Source of the DNA: Hypanus sabinus
Lineage: Eukaryota
NCBI RefSeq assembly: GCF_030144855.1
Contig: NC_082731.1
Span: 28,520,001 to 28,584,000, forward strand
DNA length: 64,000 nucleotides
Direction: 5' to 3'
In this document: in pieces, positions 22,813-37,230 of the stretch
Layout: each line of letters begins with the position of its first letter
Numbering within the stretch: position 1 is the first letter of the stretch
The notes under the pieces: generated by a model
What the model was told of the DNA's origin: nothing
Databases searched by the model: none
What the model saw: the letters and a program-made list of their open reading frames with translations, nothing else
Made by a program: the position numbers and the translations under genes

Positions 22813-23999
22813 GCTACATCAGTGTGAGGAAAATGTCTGAAGTAACTAAAATAATTTACACACAATATTCTGTCTGCACCCGGAATCAACAGCAAACAGA
22901 AGGGGGTGGAATATACACTGATCTGAAATCTTCTCTCTCAGGGACCTGACAACAGGAATCTCAGAACTAAGTCCTGGAAAGATCTCCCTTCACCAATATT
23001 AGAAGACTTTAACCTGTTTCAGCCTATGAGAGGGGCAGGACATTTGATGGAAAGTATTTCCCAGCAGAAGCCAAACAGCAGGAGAAACATTTGTGTTTGG
23101 AAACAGAATGGTTGTGAGTCAGGTGTGCAGACAAGTGATATGGGATAGGTCGCTGAGACAGGGGGAAGAAATCCATGGAGAAAATAGTCTGTTTCTATCA
23201 AAATTACCCATCCTGGTAATGGCAATATGGTGTGTCCCAAATTTCACATTCCACTCAAATATAACTATATTGATTGAATTACTTATCAAACCAAGGCTCA
23301 TCCTGTTAGCAACCCCATTCCATAAAAACTCAGTGTTACAGAAATGCCAACAGAAGCTCCAAAGATCTCATCACTGGGAGAGAAAGGATACATCAAGAAG
23401 ATGGGTTACACCTGGGGACAACTTGAAAGATTGACCCAGGACTGAGGAATCTGACAGCTACTGCCAATGGCCTATGCCCCAGTTGGGATGATGGGCTTAA
23501 TCAGCAGATTTAATAGCTTCAGGACAAACCAGAATCATTTTGCAGTCAATGAAGTAATTTTTGAAGTGGAATCACTAGTGTCACTGAGGGAAAGTGGGAC
23601 TCAAATGGCATAGAGTAAGCAAACTGAAACAGCAATGGAGTAGAGAGATTCAGACATTCTGTGATGCTGGTTGAGGGCAGACAGGCAGTGGAGAATTTTC
23701 CAAATCTTTTACCTCCACTGGAAAGGCAGTACTTCACCGTTCACTGCCTGGCACGGCCAGCCTGCACCAGGGGCTCCAATCTCTGCAGAGGAACCATAAT
23801 CCACAAAGAATGGCACAAAACTGACAGTGATCCCACTGAGATGGGTAAAAATACCATGAGTGTCGGGAAAGGCTCCAGGATATCTCACTGTCACATCCTC
23901 ACATCCCACTGTGGTAGCAGTCGATACAGGGCAGTGACAGCTGTCAGAAAATGAGGAATAGATGTAGGAGGAGGGGCCTTTTGACCCGATTCACCTGCT

Positions 24000-24470
24000 A
24001 TATCATTCAATAAGATCATCACTTATATTTTAACTCAAATTAAAATCATATCAGTAAAATAGCTGTTGCCTTGAATGCTCTCAGGGACTGAGACTCTACA
24101 GCCCCTTGAGTCAAGAATTCCATAGATTGAATGTCCTCTAGGTAAAGACATTCTCTCCATCTTGCTCTTGAATAGTAGAACTCTGAGCATGTGCCCCTTG
24201 GATCCAGACATCCTGGCCAGCAGAAACATCCCCTCAACATCTACCCTGCCATCACTCCAGAATGAGATAGATTTCACACCACTCTTCCAAACTCTGGAGA
24301 GTGGAGTGTAGTCCACTTCACCTCTCCTCACACAAGCTTGCTGTGCCAGCAGTCAAACTGATGAACACTGTCTGCAGTACCTGTGTCACAAATCTATCCG
24401 TCCTCAGGTAGGGAACCAGACTTGTACTCAGTACTGTAGAGGTTGTTTCCCCGTGGCTCTCTGTAATTGG
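24000..24470 (-). mobile_element. Degenerate CR1 3' fragment
   Basis: Remnant SRGH/FYYSR/ESQSL.AFK motifs on the minus strand. Confidence 0.55.
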
Positions 24471-25291
24471 AGATACATGTCTCTGCTCTTCTACTCAGTG
24501 TAGCCACACCTTCATGTTAACTTTAGTGATTCATAGACAAGGGACAGAGTTACCTCTGAACAGCACTCTTCAGTCTTCCAATCTGAACACAGTACTCTGT
24601 ATCTTTGTAATGTTTTTAACAAAGTTGGTGACCTCACTTATTCCCAGATTATATGCTATCTGCCTTGTCTGGATCCATTCAGTTTTCCTGCCTGTATCCC
24701 TGGAAGCCTCACTGTCCACTTACACACAGCACACAATGATTCCTACCATGTTATATATCAGTGCACGTCTGTCCTCCCTTCTCCCTCATGTCCCTGTCTC
24801 ATCTCCCTGTAAATCCATCCCGATCAGTCACTCTACCCACCTCTTGTGGCAGTGAGTTCCACAGCCTCACCAAGACAGAACATTCTTCAGAGTTCCCTGT
24901 GACATTTCTTGCTAACTATCTGACCCTGATAAACAATTCAGGAAACTGAGTTCCCCACTTCACCCCTGAAGCCTGGTTTATCATTCCATGTGATCATGGC
25001 TGATCTGACCATAACCTCACTCCGACATTCCCACCTGCTGTCAGCTACCTTTCAAATTTTACCTGCCAGGAGTCCATCTCCCTCTATTTTAAATATGTTC
25101 GGAGATTCTGCTTCCCTGGTCTGGCAAGGAAGACAGTTCCAAACACATAACTCTGCAGACAAAAATATTACCTCATCTCATTCCCAAATAGTATCCAATT
25201 GTTATTAAATAATGCTCCTTTGTTTTAAATTCTCCCACTAGAAGAAAGATGCTCTTCATGGCCACACTGTCCAGACCTCTCAGGATCTTCT

Positions 25292-25838
25292 ATACGTGGT
25301 GTCCACTTTAATAGGTACAGTACCTCCGGTACCTAAACAAATGACCACTGAGTGTATGGTCGTGGTTTTCTGTTGCTCTTACCCATCCACATCAAGGTTT
25401 GATGTGTTGAGTGTTCAGAGATGCTCCTCTGCACACCACTGTTGAAATGCATGGTTATTTGTGTAACTGACACCCTCCTGTCAGCTTGAACCAGTCTGGC
25501 CATTCTCCTCTGATCTCTCTCATTCACAAGGAGATTTCACCCACAGAACTGCCCCTCACTGCATGGCTTCTTTATTTCACCATTCTGTGTAAACTCTAAA
25601 GACTACTGTGACTGAAAATCCCAGGAGATCAGCAGTTTCTGAGATACTCAAACAACCCCGTATGGCACCAACAATTATTCCATGTTGAAAGTCACTTAGA
25701 TCACATTTCTTCCCCATTCTGATGTTTAGATTGTACAATAATTGAACCTCTTGACCATATCTGCATGATTTTATGCATTGCGCTGCCACATGATTGGCTG
25801 ATTATGTATTTTTGTTGACAAACAGGTGCACAGGTGTA
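25292..25838 (-). mobile_element. Tc1-like non-autonomous transposon with truncated transposase HTH
   Basis: MGKKCDLSDFQHGIIVGA...SISETADLLGFS and ERDQRRMARLVQADRR; TIR-like tacactcagtggtcattt. Confidence 0.85.
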
Positions 25839-26389
25839 CCAAAGTAGAACAGAATCATTGTTACACCAAATCCAATGCAGCACAAAAAAAGCCACAAAAT
25901 AACACAAAAATAATAAAAAACACTATCAATATAAGTATGTAAGAGTGCATATAAATAGATTAATTGTATCCTTAAGCACAGGAGTGTCTCTACATCAGGT
26001 GACTGACAGGTAGTGGAGGCAGATATGATAGGGTCTTTTAAGAGACTCCTGGATAGGTATATAGAGCTTAGAAAAATAGAGGACTATGGGTATCCCTAGG
26101 TAATTTCTACAGTAAGGATATGTTCAGCATTGCTTTGTGGGCCAAAGTGCCTGTATTGTGCTGTAGGCTTTCTGTTTCTATCTTTCTAAAGAATAATGTA
26201 ACGGTGGTTGGAGACCTGGAGGTAATGGTTAGTGAGTAGAGGTAGTTAGTAGGGGACTTCAGGTAAGACGATCAAGGGCAGGGTCAACTAGAGGTGTTAT
26301 TTTTTATGAGTACAAGACCCTGCTGGACATTAAGAACTTAAAGTACTGCAGGTCTACCCCATCAGAATCAGAATCAGCTTTAAAATCGC

Positions 26390-27575
26390 CAGCATATGTT
26401 GTGAAATATGTTAATTTTGTGGCAGCAGAGCAATAATTCCAGTAAGTATAAATGTATATTAAATAGTTAAATTAAGATAAATAGCACAAAAACAGAAGTT
26501 ATAAAAAAAGTAGTGAGGTAATGGACATGGGTTCAATGTCCATTTTGAAATCAGATGGCAGAGGGGAAGAAGCTGTTCCTGAATCACTGAGTGTGTCTTC
26601 AGGCTTCTGTATCTCCTTCTTGATGGTACCAATGAGAAGAGCACGATGAGAAGAGGGTGATGGGGGTCCTTGATGATGGAAGCCACTTTGCTGAGGTCCT
26701 GCTCCTTGGTGTCTTAGATACTATGGAGGCTTGTACACATGATCAAGCTGACTAATTTTACAACTCTCTGCATCTGTCTATGATTCTGTGCAGTAGTTCT
26801 CCCCCCGCCTTCCACCATCACCAGACCAGATGGTGATGCAGCCAGTCAGAATGGTCTCCAGCATACATCCATAGTAGTTTTCAAGTGTTTTAGGTGACAA
26901 ACCTAATCTCCTCAAACTCCTGATAAAATATAACCTCTGTCTTGCCTTCTTTATTGCCCGGGAACTTGAAATTGCTCACTCTCTCTACTTCTCTATGAGG
27001 ATTGGTATGTGTTCCCTCATCTTATCCTACCTGAAGTCCACTATCAGCTCTTTGGTCTTAATGATGTTGAGTGCAAGGTTGTTGCTGCGACACCACTCAA
27101 CTAGCTGGTATATCTTGCTCCGATACGCCCCCTCATCACTATCTGAGATGCAGCCAACAATGGTTGTATCATCAGTAAATTTATGGATGGGATTTGAGCT
27201 AGAATAATGCAGTGGGTTAAGCCCACATCCCTGAGCTGCACCAGTTTTGATCATCAGAGAGTACGAAATATCTGCACAGACTGTGGTCTTCTGGTTAAGA
27301 AGTTGAGGTCCAGTTTCAGAGAGAGGTTCAGGGGCCCAGGTTCTGTAACTTCTCAATCAGTACTGTAGAATGATGATGTTAAATGCTGAGCTATAGTTAA
27401 TGAACAGCATCCTGACATAGGTTCTCGTATTGTCCAGATGATCCAAGGCCACATGGAGAGCCATTGAGATCGTGTCCTCTGTAGACCTACTATGGCAATA
27501 GGCAAACTGTCGTGGGTCCAAATCCTTGCTAAGGCAGGAGTTGATTCTAGTTATGACCAACCTCTCAAAGCCTTT
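26390..27575 (-). mobile_element. Rex1/Babar-like LINE, RT and 3' region
   Basis: FERLV...LDPRQFAY..SRSTEDTISMALH.ALDHLDNTRTYVRMLFINYSSAFN; GAAQGCGLNP; KFTDDTTIVG; IIKDPHHP. Confidence 0.85.
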
Positions 27576-28239
27576 CTTCAGCAAGTTGCTCGTTGGGGGA
27601 GAAAGTGAAAGAGTTGGAGTTGGTACGAACTATGCTGCTGACTGTGTCAGAGAGGTGTAAAGGAGTTGGTGTGTGAAGGCGATGTGTAGTCTATCTGTGA
27701 GTGTTCATCTTAGCCAGTTTCCTTGTGATCACATGACCCTGTTGGACATTGTTAATGTGGAGTGTTGCAAGTTGAATTCACTAATATATTGGTGGATGGC
27801 GGGGTAGCTGCATGGCTTTGAACTTAGCGGGACTTAGGCCTCAAGCCGTGGCCTTGCCTGTTTACAGCTGCCCAAGAGAGAAGTGTTGGTGTCAGTGCAC
27901 TCCATTGGAGGCAATGTAGCGTGGTGTCCAAAGTGGAGTCAGTGCTGGTCCCCAGTGTTGACTTGGCAGAAGGCAAGCTGTATTGTGGTTGACTGCAGAT
28001 GGCTGCAACTTTCATGGAGTCAGTGTCTGGGACTATACTTTCTGTGACTATTTTACTGATATTTTATATGAGCTTACTGACTTATATGTGCTCCTGTGCT
28101 ATGTCTGACTGTTGGTACTGTGTTTTGCACCTTGGTCCCAGAGTAGCACTGTTTCATACGGCTGTATTCAACCTCACTGCTTCTTTGTTTCTGTGTTTGC
28201 TCTACTACTTTAACTTAACTGTGTAATAGACATAGATAT

Positions 28240-28560
28240 ACTTAATGTAACTCAAGTTCTTTTTTCTTTGGTCTTGCTGACATTGACTGAGAGGTTGTTG
28301 TTGTGGTTCCACTCAGCCAGATTTTAAATCTGCCTCCTATATGCTGATTCATCACCACCTTTGATTCAGCCTCCGACAGTGGTGTCATCAGCAAACTTAA
28401 ATATGGTATTGGTGCTGTGCTTAGGCACACAGTCGTATGCATAAAGTGAGTAAAGCAGAGGGCTAGGCACACAGCCTTGCTGATGGAGATTGTGGAGGAG
28501 GTGTTGCCAATCCAAACTGACTGGGGTTTGCAAGTGAGGAAATTGAGGATCCATTTGCAC
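28240..28560 (-). mobile_element. Rex1-like RT fragment
   Basis: QGCVPSPLLYSLY...IFKFADDTT. Confidence 0.7.
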
Positions 28561-29880
28561 AATAGACAATAGGTGCAGAAGTAGACCATTCAGCCCTTTG
28601 AGCCTGCACCACCATTTTGAGATCATGGCTAATCAACTACTATCAATACCCAGTTCCTGCCTTGTCCCCATATCCCTTGATTCCCCTATCCATAAGATAC
28701 CCATCTAGCTCCTTCTTGAAAGCATCCAGAGAATTGGCCTCCAATGCCTTCTGAGGCAGTGCATTCCAGACCCCCACAACCCTCTGGGAGAAGAAGTTTT
28801 TCCTTAACTCTGTCCTAAATGACCTACCCCTTATTCTCAAACCATGCCCTCTGGTACTGGACTCTCCCAGCATCTGGAACATATTTCCTGCCTCTATCTT
28901 GTCCAATCCCTTAATAATCTTATATGTTTCAATCAGATCCCCTCTCAATCTCCTTAATTCCAGCGTGTACAAGCCCAGTCTCTCTAACCTCTCTGCGTAA
29001 GACAGTCCAGACATCCCAGGAATTAACCTTGTGAATCTGCGCTGCACTTTCTCTACAGCCAGGATGTCCTTCCTTAACCCTGGAGACCAAAACTGTACAC
29101 AATACTCCAGGTGTGGTCTCACCAGGGCTCTGTACAAATGCAAGAGGATTTCCTTGATCTTGTACTCAATTCCCTTTGTAATAACGGCCAACATTCCATT
29201 AGCCTTCTTCACTGCCTGCTGCACTTGCTCATTCACCTTCAGTGACTGATGAACAAGGACTCCGAGATCTCTTTGTATTTCTCCCTTACCCAACTCTACA
29301 CCATTCAGATAATAATCTGCCTTCCTGTTCTTACTCCCAAAGTGGATAACCTCACACTTATTCACATTAAATGCCATCTGCCAAGTATCTGCCCACTCAC
29401 CCAGCCTATCCAAGTCACCCTGAATTCTCCTAACATCCTCATCACATGTCAGACTGCCACCCAGCTTAGTATCATCAGCAAATTTGCTGATGTTATTTTC
29501 TATGCCTTCATCCAAATCGTTAACCTAAATGGTAAACAGCTGTGGTCCCAATACTGAGCCCTGTGGCACCCCAATAGTCACCACCTGCCATGCCGAGAAA
29601 CACCCATTCACCGCTACCCTTTGCTTTCTATCTGGCAACCAGTTTTCTATCCATGTCAATGCCTTCCCCCCGTTGCCCTGAGCTTTGATTTTACCCACCA
29701 ATCTTCTATGTGGGACCTTATCAAATGCCTTCTGAAAATCGAGGTACACTACATCCACTGGATTTCCCCCGTCTAACTTCCTGTTTACATCCTCGAAAAA
29801 CTCCAACAGATTAGTCAAGCATGATTTACCCTTGGTAAATCCATGCTGGCTCAGCCCAATCCTATCACTGCTATCTAGAC
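28560..29880 (-). mobile_element. Young 5'-truncated CR1 LINE with RT in two long ORFs
   Basis: QHGFTKGKSCLTNLLEFFE...YLDFQKAFDKVPH...GVPQGSVLGP (29525-29920) and ISKFADDTKLGG...C-terminus (28643-29515), split by one frameshift. 3' tail ctattgtctatt. Confidence 0.93.
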
Positions 29881-30140
29881 ATGTCACGTATTGGGTATTG
29901 GGACACCGTCTTGAAGGCATTTAAACCTGTGAACCAGAAAATGAGCCTGCTCCCATAACTCAAGAATCACCTCATACTAGAGACATCGAGATCAAAGTGA
30001 AATTCCCCAAAGTCTTCAATGCCCCAGCACAGAAATGGATTGATGGAGGAAAAGAATGATTTTAAAATCTAACACAAAACTGCAGGTCTATCAGCTACAG
30101 TGACCTCTGTCCTTCTGTTTGCTTCTGAGACTTGGACTAC

Positions 30141-30995
30141 CTGTACTCAGTGGTCACTTTATTCAGTTTACCTGTACACCTGCTCGTTAATGCAAATATC
30201 TAATCAGCCGATCATGTGGCAGTAAATCAATATATAAAAGCATGCAGGCATGGTCAAGATGTTCAATTGTTGTTCTGATCAAACTTCAGAATGGAGAAGA
30301 CATGTGACATAAGTTGATACAAGAGAGCTATTGATAGTGGTGAACCCAAGTACACAGTTAACTAAATTTAACAGGCTCATACTCGAAATAAACAAGATAA
30401 CACAAATAAAATCCAAAGGCGAATTCACAAACAGTAGAACAAGAATTGCATCTCTTACAATTGAGCACTGAGTGTTCAGCACAAGGCCTTTAAGTACAAA
30501 CTTTCCATGATGGAATGTCGCAGGCAACAATTGGTAGTCTGAGTCTAAACGGGACCGTGGCAGCTAACCACTCTCTGGGGAACTGGAGTGCCGAAACTCG
30601 GACACCTACCACTGTTCATTTGGGCTCATGACACTAAGTGATTTTGTCCATGGAATGATTGTTGGTGCCAGACAGGGTGGTTTGAGCATCTGAAAAACTG
30701 CTGATCTCTTGGGATTTTCATAAACTCTAGAGATTACAGAAAATTGTGTGAAAAAACATTAAACATCTAGTGAATGGCAATTCTATGGGTGAAAATGCTT
30801 TGTTAATGATAGAGGTCAGAGGAAAATGGCCAGACTGGTTCCAGCTGACAGGAAGATTCAAATAACCATGTGTTACGACAGTAGAGTGCAGAAGAGCATC
30901 TTTGAATGCACAACATGTGGAATCTTGAAGTGGATAGGCTACAGCAGCAGAAAACCACACGAGGTTCCACTCTTGAACTTAACGAAGTGACCACT
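30141..30995 (+). mobile_element. Tc1-like non-autonomous element (same family as 25292-25838), interrupted at 30315-30633
   Basis: tgtactcagtggtcactttatt start, transposase N-terminal remnant, aagtgaccactg end. Confidence 0.8.
30315..30633. mobile_element. Small solo-LTR-like insertion inside the Tc1 element
   Basis: TG...CA termini, flanked by ATAAGT / CTAAGT (6 bp, one mismatch). The host Tc1 sequence resumes immediately after. Confidence 0.55.
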
Positions 30996-31839
30996 GTTTT
31001 TTAATTTAGTTTTGGGATTTGTGGATTGTTGGGAAGGCCAGTCTTAATTGTCCATTCAGAGATGTTCTGGAGGTGGTGCAAAGTGGTGTTATTGAACTAC
31101 TGTAGTCCTTTGGGTGAAAGACCTCACACACTGCTGTTGGGTGGGGAATTTCAATTTAGATCCAGTGATTATGAAGCATTGATAAAGTATTTCCAACTCT
31201 GGATAATGAATGATTTGCTGTTGATGATGTTCTTATGTACTTTGCCTTTGCTGGTTCAGCTGTCCCTTGGTGGAGAGGCTCATTGCCATGACTTGTCAAA
31301 GGCAGTCAGTCTGATCTCATCTCTGGAATTCAGCTCTTTGACCCATAATTGTATCAAGGTTGTTATCAAAGAAGAACCAACTGGTCCTGGCAAAGCCTTA
31401 ACTGGTCACTGGTGATTAGGTTATTTGGTGAATAAGTTCCACTTGCTAACACTGTTGACTATTGCTCCCTTCACATTACCAAACATTGAGGAGACCAGTT
31501 GGACAATTATTGGCTGATTGCATTTGTCCCATATATCAAGAGTGGACATATCGGGCAATTTGTCTCATTCTTGTGTATATGTCAGTGTTGCATCTGTACT
31601 GGAGCAGTTCAGCTGGAACAGCCAGTTTAATGGGATTGGGCCAGAGCACAAATTTACTGTTGCAGCAGTTTAAACACCAACTTCAATCTGAGTCTATTTC
31701 TGACTTCTTCCCAAGAGAACTCAATATTTAAGTTTGGGTCAAGGCAGTTTGTGTTGTTTCTTTCCAAAGGACATATGTCTCCATGATTGCACAGACCCCT
31801 TCTCCCTTCAGATTTTCAGTCCCACTAGTCAATCCTGTT

Positions 31840-32285
31840 TTACAAGGATGTTGCCTGGTCTTAAGGATCTGAATTATAGGGAAAGGTTGAACAGGTAAGG
31901 GCTTTATTCCCTACAGTGCAGGAAAATGAGAGGAGATTTGACAGAGGTATACAAAATTATTAAGAGTATTGATAGGGTAAATGTAAGCAGACTTTTTCCA
32001 CTGAAGTTTGGTGAGACTAGAATAGAGGTCATGGGTTAAGGGTGAAAGGTGAATTGTTTAAGGAAAACAATAGGGGGATCTTCTTCATTCAGAGAGTGAT
32101 GGTAGTGTGGAATGTGCTGCCAGTGGAAGTGGTGGATGCACGTTCGATTTCACATTTAAGAGAAATTGGGACAGGTACATGAAGAGCTATGGTCTGGGTG
32201 CAGGTTGATGGGACTAGGCAGATTAATAGTTTGGCATGGATTAGATGGGCTGAAGGGTCTGTTTCTGTGTTGTAGTGTTCTAGTT
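31840..32285 (+). mobile_element. CR1 3' fragment
   Basis: Decayed YRERL..LGLYSL / RGDLIEVYKI / TRGH / FFTQRVV sequence. Confidence 0.7.
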
Positions 32286-33389
32286 TCTATGACTCTAGTT
32301 TATTGCTATTGGCCCTTAAATTAAAAAAAACTATATCATCAGTTGTGTGCTTATTCATTTTAGTAAGTCTTTTTCCTCTGGAAGTTCCCCTGTTCAGAAT
32401 AAGTTAAGCTGACATCTCCTACAGGAAGCCTGAGAAGGATATTGCCTCTATATCATTGCTCAGTTTCATCCACCTGTCAAGAACGAAAATATGAAATGTG
32501 TTTCTGTCAAGTCAACAGCTGCACACAGAGATTCTGTTCAAATTTATCCTGTGTATTGACTGTCAGAAGGAGGTTGTTCAGCCCACCAGTCAATTCCCAA
32601 TTAAGCTGACCTATGTCCAAGCTCCATTTACCCTCCTTGGCTCCACAGTTTTTAATAATCTAAATCAAACAAAATTCTATTGATTTTGAAAGTTTCAATT
32701 GGCAATCCCCAGTCTCTACCATTCCCAGGGAGAATCGTGAATACCCTGGGTCCTAAATATCCTAGCATTGGAATAAACAGAAGAAGCAATCTTTCTGTGA
32801 TTCTTCTGTGCCAATCTTCAATGTTTTTAAACTCTCCAATTACACTAGCTTTCAATGTTCCACACTTCAGAGAACAGAAAACCAGACCTAATAGTCCATC
32901 GCGGTCTCAAAAGTACTTCACTGTGCCTCGTCCACACAACCCCCTCTCCAAGGAAAATACATTCTTCCTGAGGGGTGATACCAAGAATCACAGCCAGTGC
33001 ACCAGATATGGTCTAATTAGATCTCTACTCCATAGCAGTGTAATATCAACCCCACCCCCTTCCTATCCCTGTTTACCCCATAAACTGCAACATATTGAGA
33101 CCTTAAGCTTAAATTCATCTTCAGGAATAATTTAGAACCCAAACTGCCAGTGGTCTCTCACCCAAAGTAAACCTTCCACATTCCCTCTCTGCCCACTGGG
33201 ATTCGTTATTCCCTTATGGAATCTGGGTCAATCAGTGGACACAACAGAAACAAGACCTCTCTTGAAACACAAGCTCACCGAACAACAACCTCAGTGACTG
33301 TGGGCAGTTTACCTCCTTATGTTTCTCACCATACCTGAGTATTTTCATGTGTACCTGCCTCGACCTAACATTGGCTTGTATTCATTAAA

Positions 33390-34270
33390 CTAGAGTCATA
33401 GAGATGTACAACACAGAAATAGGTTATTTGGTCGATTTAGTCCATGTTGAATGTATTTAAACTGCCTACTCTCATCAACCTAGACGCCTGATCTCCACAC
33501 CCCTACCATCCATGTACCTATCCAAACTTCTCTTAAACGTTAAAATCGAGCTCGCATCCACCATTTGTGCAGGCAACTCATTCCACTCTCTCACAATCAT
33601 CTGGGTTAAAAGGTTTCCCTTCATGTTCCCCTTAAACTTTCACCTTTCACCCTTAACCCATGACCTCTGCTTGTCATCCCACCCAACCTCAGTGGAAAAA
33701 GCCTGATTTTCATTGAACCTATCTATAGCATAAAAATCTCACAGCTAACTGTCCCATTCCATCTCCCACTGCCTATTGCCCATTTGGAATTGAGACATAG
33801 GACATGCTCTGCTCTACAACATTGACTATGTGGCAAAGCAAGGCTCCAATTCCATCTACAAATTTGCTAATGACACAACTGTTGTTGGCAGAATCTAAGA
33901 TGTTGAAGAGGAGGCATACAGGACTGAGACAGATTGCCTGGTTGAGTGGTGTCACAATAACAACCTTGCACTCAACATCAATAGATGGAGGAATTGACTG
34001 TGGACTTTACGATGAGCAAGTTGAGAGAACACAGTCCACTCATAGTCAGGGGATCAGCAGTGGAAAGGTTTAGCAGTTTTAAGTTCCTGGGTGTCAGCAT
34101 CTCCAAAGATCTTTCCTAGGCCCAACATATTGATGTAGTTATGAAGAAGACACGTCAGCAGCTACACTTCATTAGGAGTTTGAGGTAATTTGGTCGATCA
34201 TCAAAGACTCTAGAAATTTGTACAGATGTAACATTGAGAGCATTCAACTGGTTGCATCAATGTCTGGTAT
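33390..34270. mobile_element. Adjacent CR1 (minus, about 33390-33730) and Rex1-like (plus, about 33780-34270) fragments
   Basis: CR1 3' motifs on the minus strand; KFANDTTVVG and FKFLGV motifs on the plus strand. Confidence 0.6.
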
Positions 34271-34689
34271 GGAGGGGCCACTGTGATGTAGATATGCAAT
34301 GGGCTGGAGGAGTGAGGAGAGTGAAAACCCCAGGACGAGATAAAGAGAGTGGGAGAGGAACATGGTGAAGGAAAGGAAACCCTATAGATGTGGTTTCTCT
34401 GCCATGACTCTGGTACTACACAGAATTAAATTAAATGTACAGCACAGCAGCAGATTCAGAACAATTATTTCATGCCATTGTTTATTTTCTGCATGCACCT
34501 TCAATGTCTTGATTTTGTCCAACTGAGATTAGTGATAATTTACAACAGTTTTGGTCCCCCATCCCCACAGATGAAGGCATTTTTCTCCTCCACCCAATCA
34601 ATTATTTTTTTTTATTTGAGCATCTAAACCTTCCATTTATTACTAATTGTCAAAATTTCAGTTTCCCCAAGAACGAGCCATAAAGTAGA

Positions 34690-35365
34690 ATCCAGTACAT
34701 TCTAGCATCAAGGAGACCGTGTCCCTGCTGAGAGAATTTCATGGGAGGGACTGGGTAAGAGGAGAGTACAGATTGCTTTTTGTCCAAGTTAAAGAACAGG
34801 TTTTCATGCCTGCATTAACCTGGGTGAAACTTCATGAACCCTCAGTTCTGGTTGCTGCATTGCAAGGATGTGGCGGCTTTGGGAGAGGGTGTAAAGACAT
34901 TCATGAGCATGTTGCCTGGATTAGAGAATATTACCTGTAAGGAGAGGTTGAACAATCTGTGACTGTAACTCTGGAGAGTAGGCTGAGAACCAAAATGATA
35001 GAGGCTTATAAAAGTATGAGAATCATCAACAGGTTGAACAGTCAGAATCATTTTCCCAGGGTAAAATGTCATTTCCAAAAGGACAGAGATTTAAGGTGAA
35101 GGTGTAACATTTAAAGGAGATGTGTTGTGTAAGCTTTTATTTAAACACGGGGAGTGGTAGGTGTCTGGAATGCACTGCCAGGGGTGATGGTGGAAACAGC
35201 ATGACAGGATCTTTAAGATACATTTGAAAAAACACATGACCATTCAAGATAAGGAGGGATATGGATTCTGTGCCGATAGTTCAGTTTAGATTAATTTGGT
35301 GTTAAGGTTGTCACAGTCATCACAGGCTGAAGGGCCTGTTCCTGTGCTGTACCATTCTGTGTTGT
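34690..35365 (+). mobile_element. Degenerate CR1 3' fragment
   Basis: Remnant YCVQFWSP / RRFTRMLPG / TRGH-like segments. Confidence 0.55.
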
Positions 35366-36119
35366 AGGTTTACTTGAAGCTCAGTAACTATTTGTTATTA
35401 ATAGCTGACAGATGTCTGACACTCTGCGATAACATTAACACTCAGTCCTTAGACTTCCTCTCCGGTTTCACAGGCAGGTTTAATTTGAGCAGGGGGCCCT
35501 CCCAGTAGAGCTGTGTTACTAAAAAGAATAAACACACTGCTTTACATATGGAAATACAATTCTGACATTGTGCTTCTGCACAGAATGAGGCAAAATGAAT
35601 CGAAACTAAAGGTCAAAAGACACACGGACAGCAAGACCCTCTCCTCGTTACAGAGCATTTGCCACGTGTCAGAAACGGGCTCACTGTAATGATGATTGAG
35701 TGTTACTGATTGTTTTATTGATTATGTTATGGGAATGAGCAGTTCAAATGTATGTACACCTGCACTTTATGTTCTGAAGCAGTTGGGAGACTCCCACCAA
35801 CAACTGAAAGTGTGTTTTCTCAGACTGAACACAGAAGTCCATCCTGATGACGGTAGTTCAGGTAATCAGATAATTGTGAATCGGCAGCAACAAAGTGGAA
35901 TGTAAGGACAAAGCAAAAGATGCCATGGACTGTCTTGTCAGTATTATGTTGATTGGCAGAATCCTGGTGTGACATGCTGGAGCTGATGTTTGTTGATGAG
36001 AACCAAAGCTGCCCAGTGAATCAAGTTTAGACAGAAACAACAAGACAGACAACAATCACTAAGGACCACTGTGGAGGCTGGGGGTTATCATTGACCTGGA
36101 AGCTCTCAGGCCCTGAAGA

Positions 36120-37230
36120 TCAGGGATAGCAAATTTAGGTATCAGAAACAGGTTTAATATCACCGGAATATGCTGTGAATTTTGTTGTCTTTGCGGCAGC
36201 AGTACAATGTAATACATATTAATAGGAGAAAAAAAAGAGTACATATATATAAGATAGTTAAATTAAGTATGCAGTGCAAAAATAAAAGTAAAAAAGTATT
36301 GAGGTAGTGTTCATGAGTTCAATGTCCAATCAGAAATCAGACGGCAGAGGGAAAGAAGCTATTTCTGAATCGTTGAGTGTGTGTCTTCAGGCTTCTGTAC
36401 TTCCTTCCTGATTATAGTCTTAATATGTATCCTGGAATTATGGTATATATCAAATATTAATTTCAACAGCAAACAGTCTTCAGACCTGAATGTGGATTGT
36501 AGATTGAGTTAAAAATGCACCCAGAGCAATGGTCTTCTTGGAGCTGCAGATTGGGGTTGAATGCAAACTGAGAACCTCACCATTGACCTGAGATGTCTGC
36601 ATATGCATGAATGCAACCCAGAGCCAGTGGTTATTAACATTCATTTTGGGTGTCTGGAGTGTTGGTGTGAACATTTAGCTGTTTCAAAATTATATACATT
36701 GTAACTATTGAATTGTCCTATTGTTACCTTTGATTTTTAACATATAAAAATGTTGTGTAATTTTAGATCAGGGACCCTCTTCTGAGAGTGTCTCCAGTAT
36801 GATGCCTATTTGTGTGCTGAATAAAGACTTCTATATCTTCAGCTTCAGTGTCTCCTGGTGATTTCAATCACTGTCACAACAGTACCAATGAAAACAAGGC
36901 AAGAACAGGGTGATGGGGTCCTTAATGATGTATGTCACTTTTTAAAGGCATTAGTCCTTGAAGATGTCCTGGATGCTACAGAGACTAGTGCCCATGATGC
37001 AGCTGATTAGGCTTACAACTCTCTGCAGCTTATTTCAATCCTGTGCAATACCATTGCTGTCACCCGCCATGCCAGGTGGTGATGCAGACAGTTAAAATGT
37101 TCTCCATGGTACCTGTGTAAAAAGATGAGAATGTCTTTGATGACATACCCAATCTCCTCATAATCCTAATGAAATATAACCACTATCGTGACTTCTTTGT
37201 AACTGCATTGATATGTTGGGCCGGGGATAG
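36120..37230 (-). mobile_element. Rex1-like 3' fragments (about 36120-36420 and 36890-37230)
   Basis: Same sequence as the 3' end of the 26390-27575 element (tcagaaatcagacggcagaggg...; gatggggtccttaatgatg). Confidence 0.6.

Noticed and set aside
28643-29920. Host protein-coding gene
   Set aside because: It is CR1 reverse transcriptase, 5'-truncated and frameshifted.
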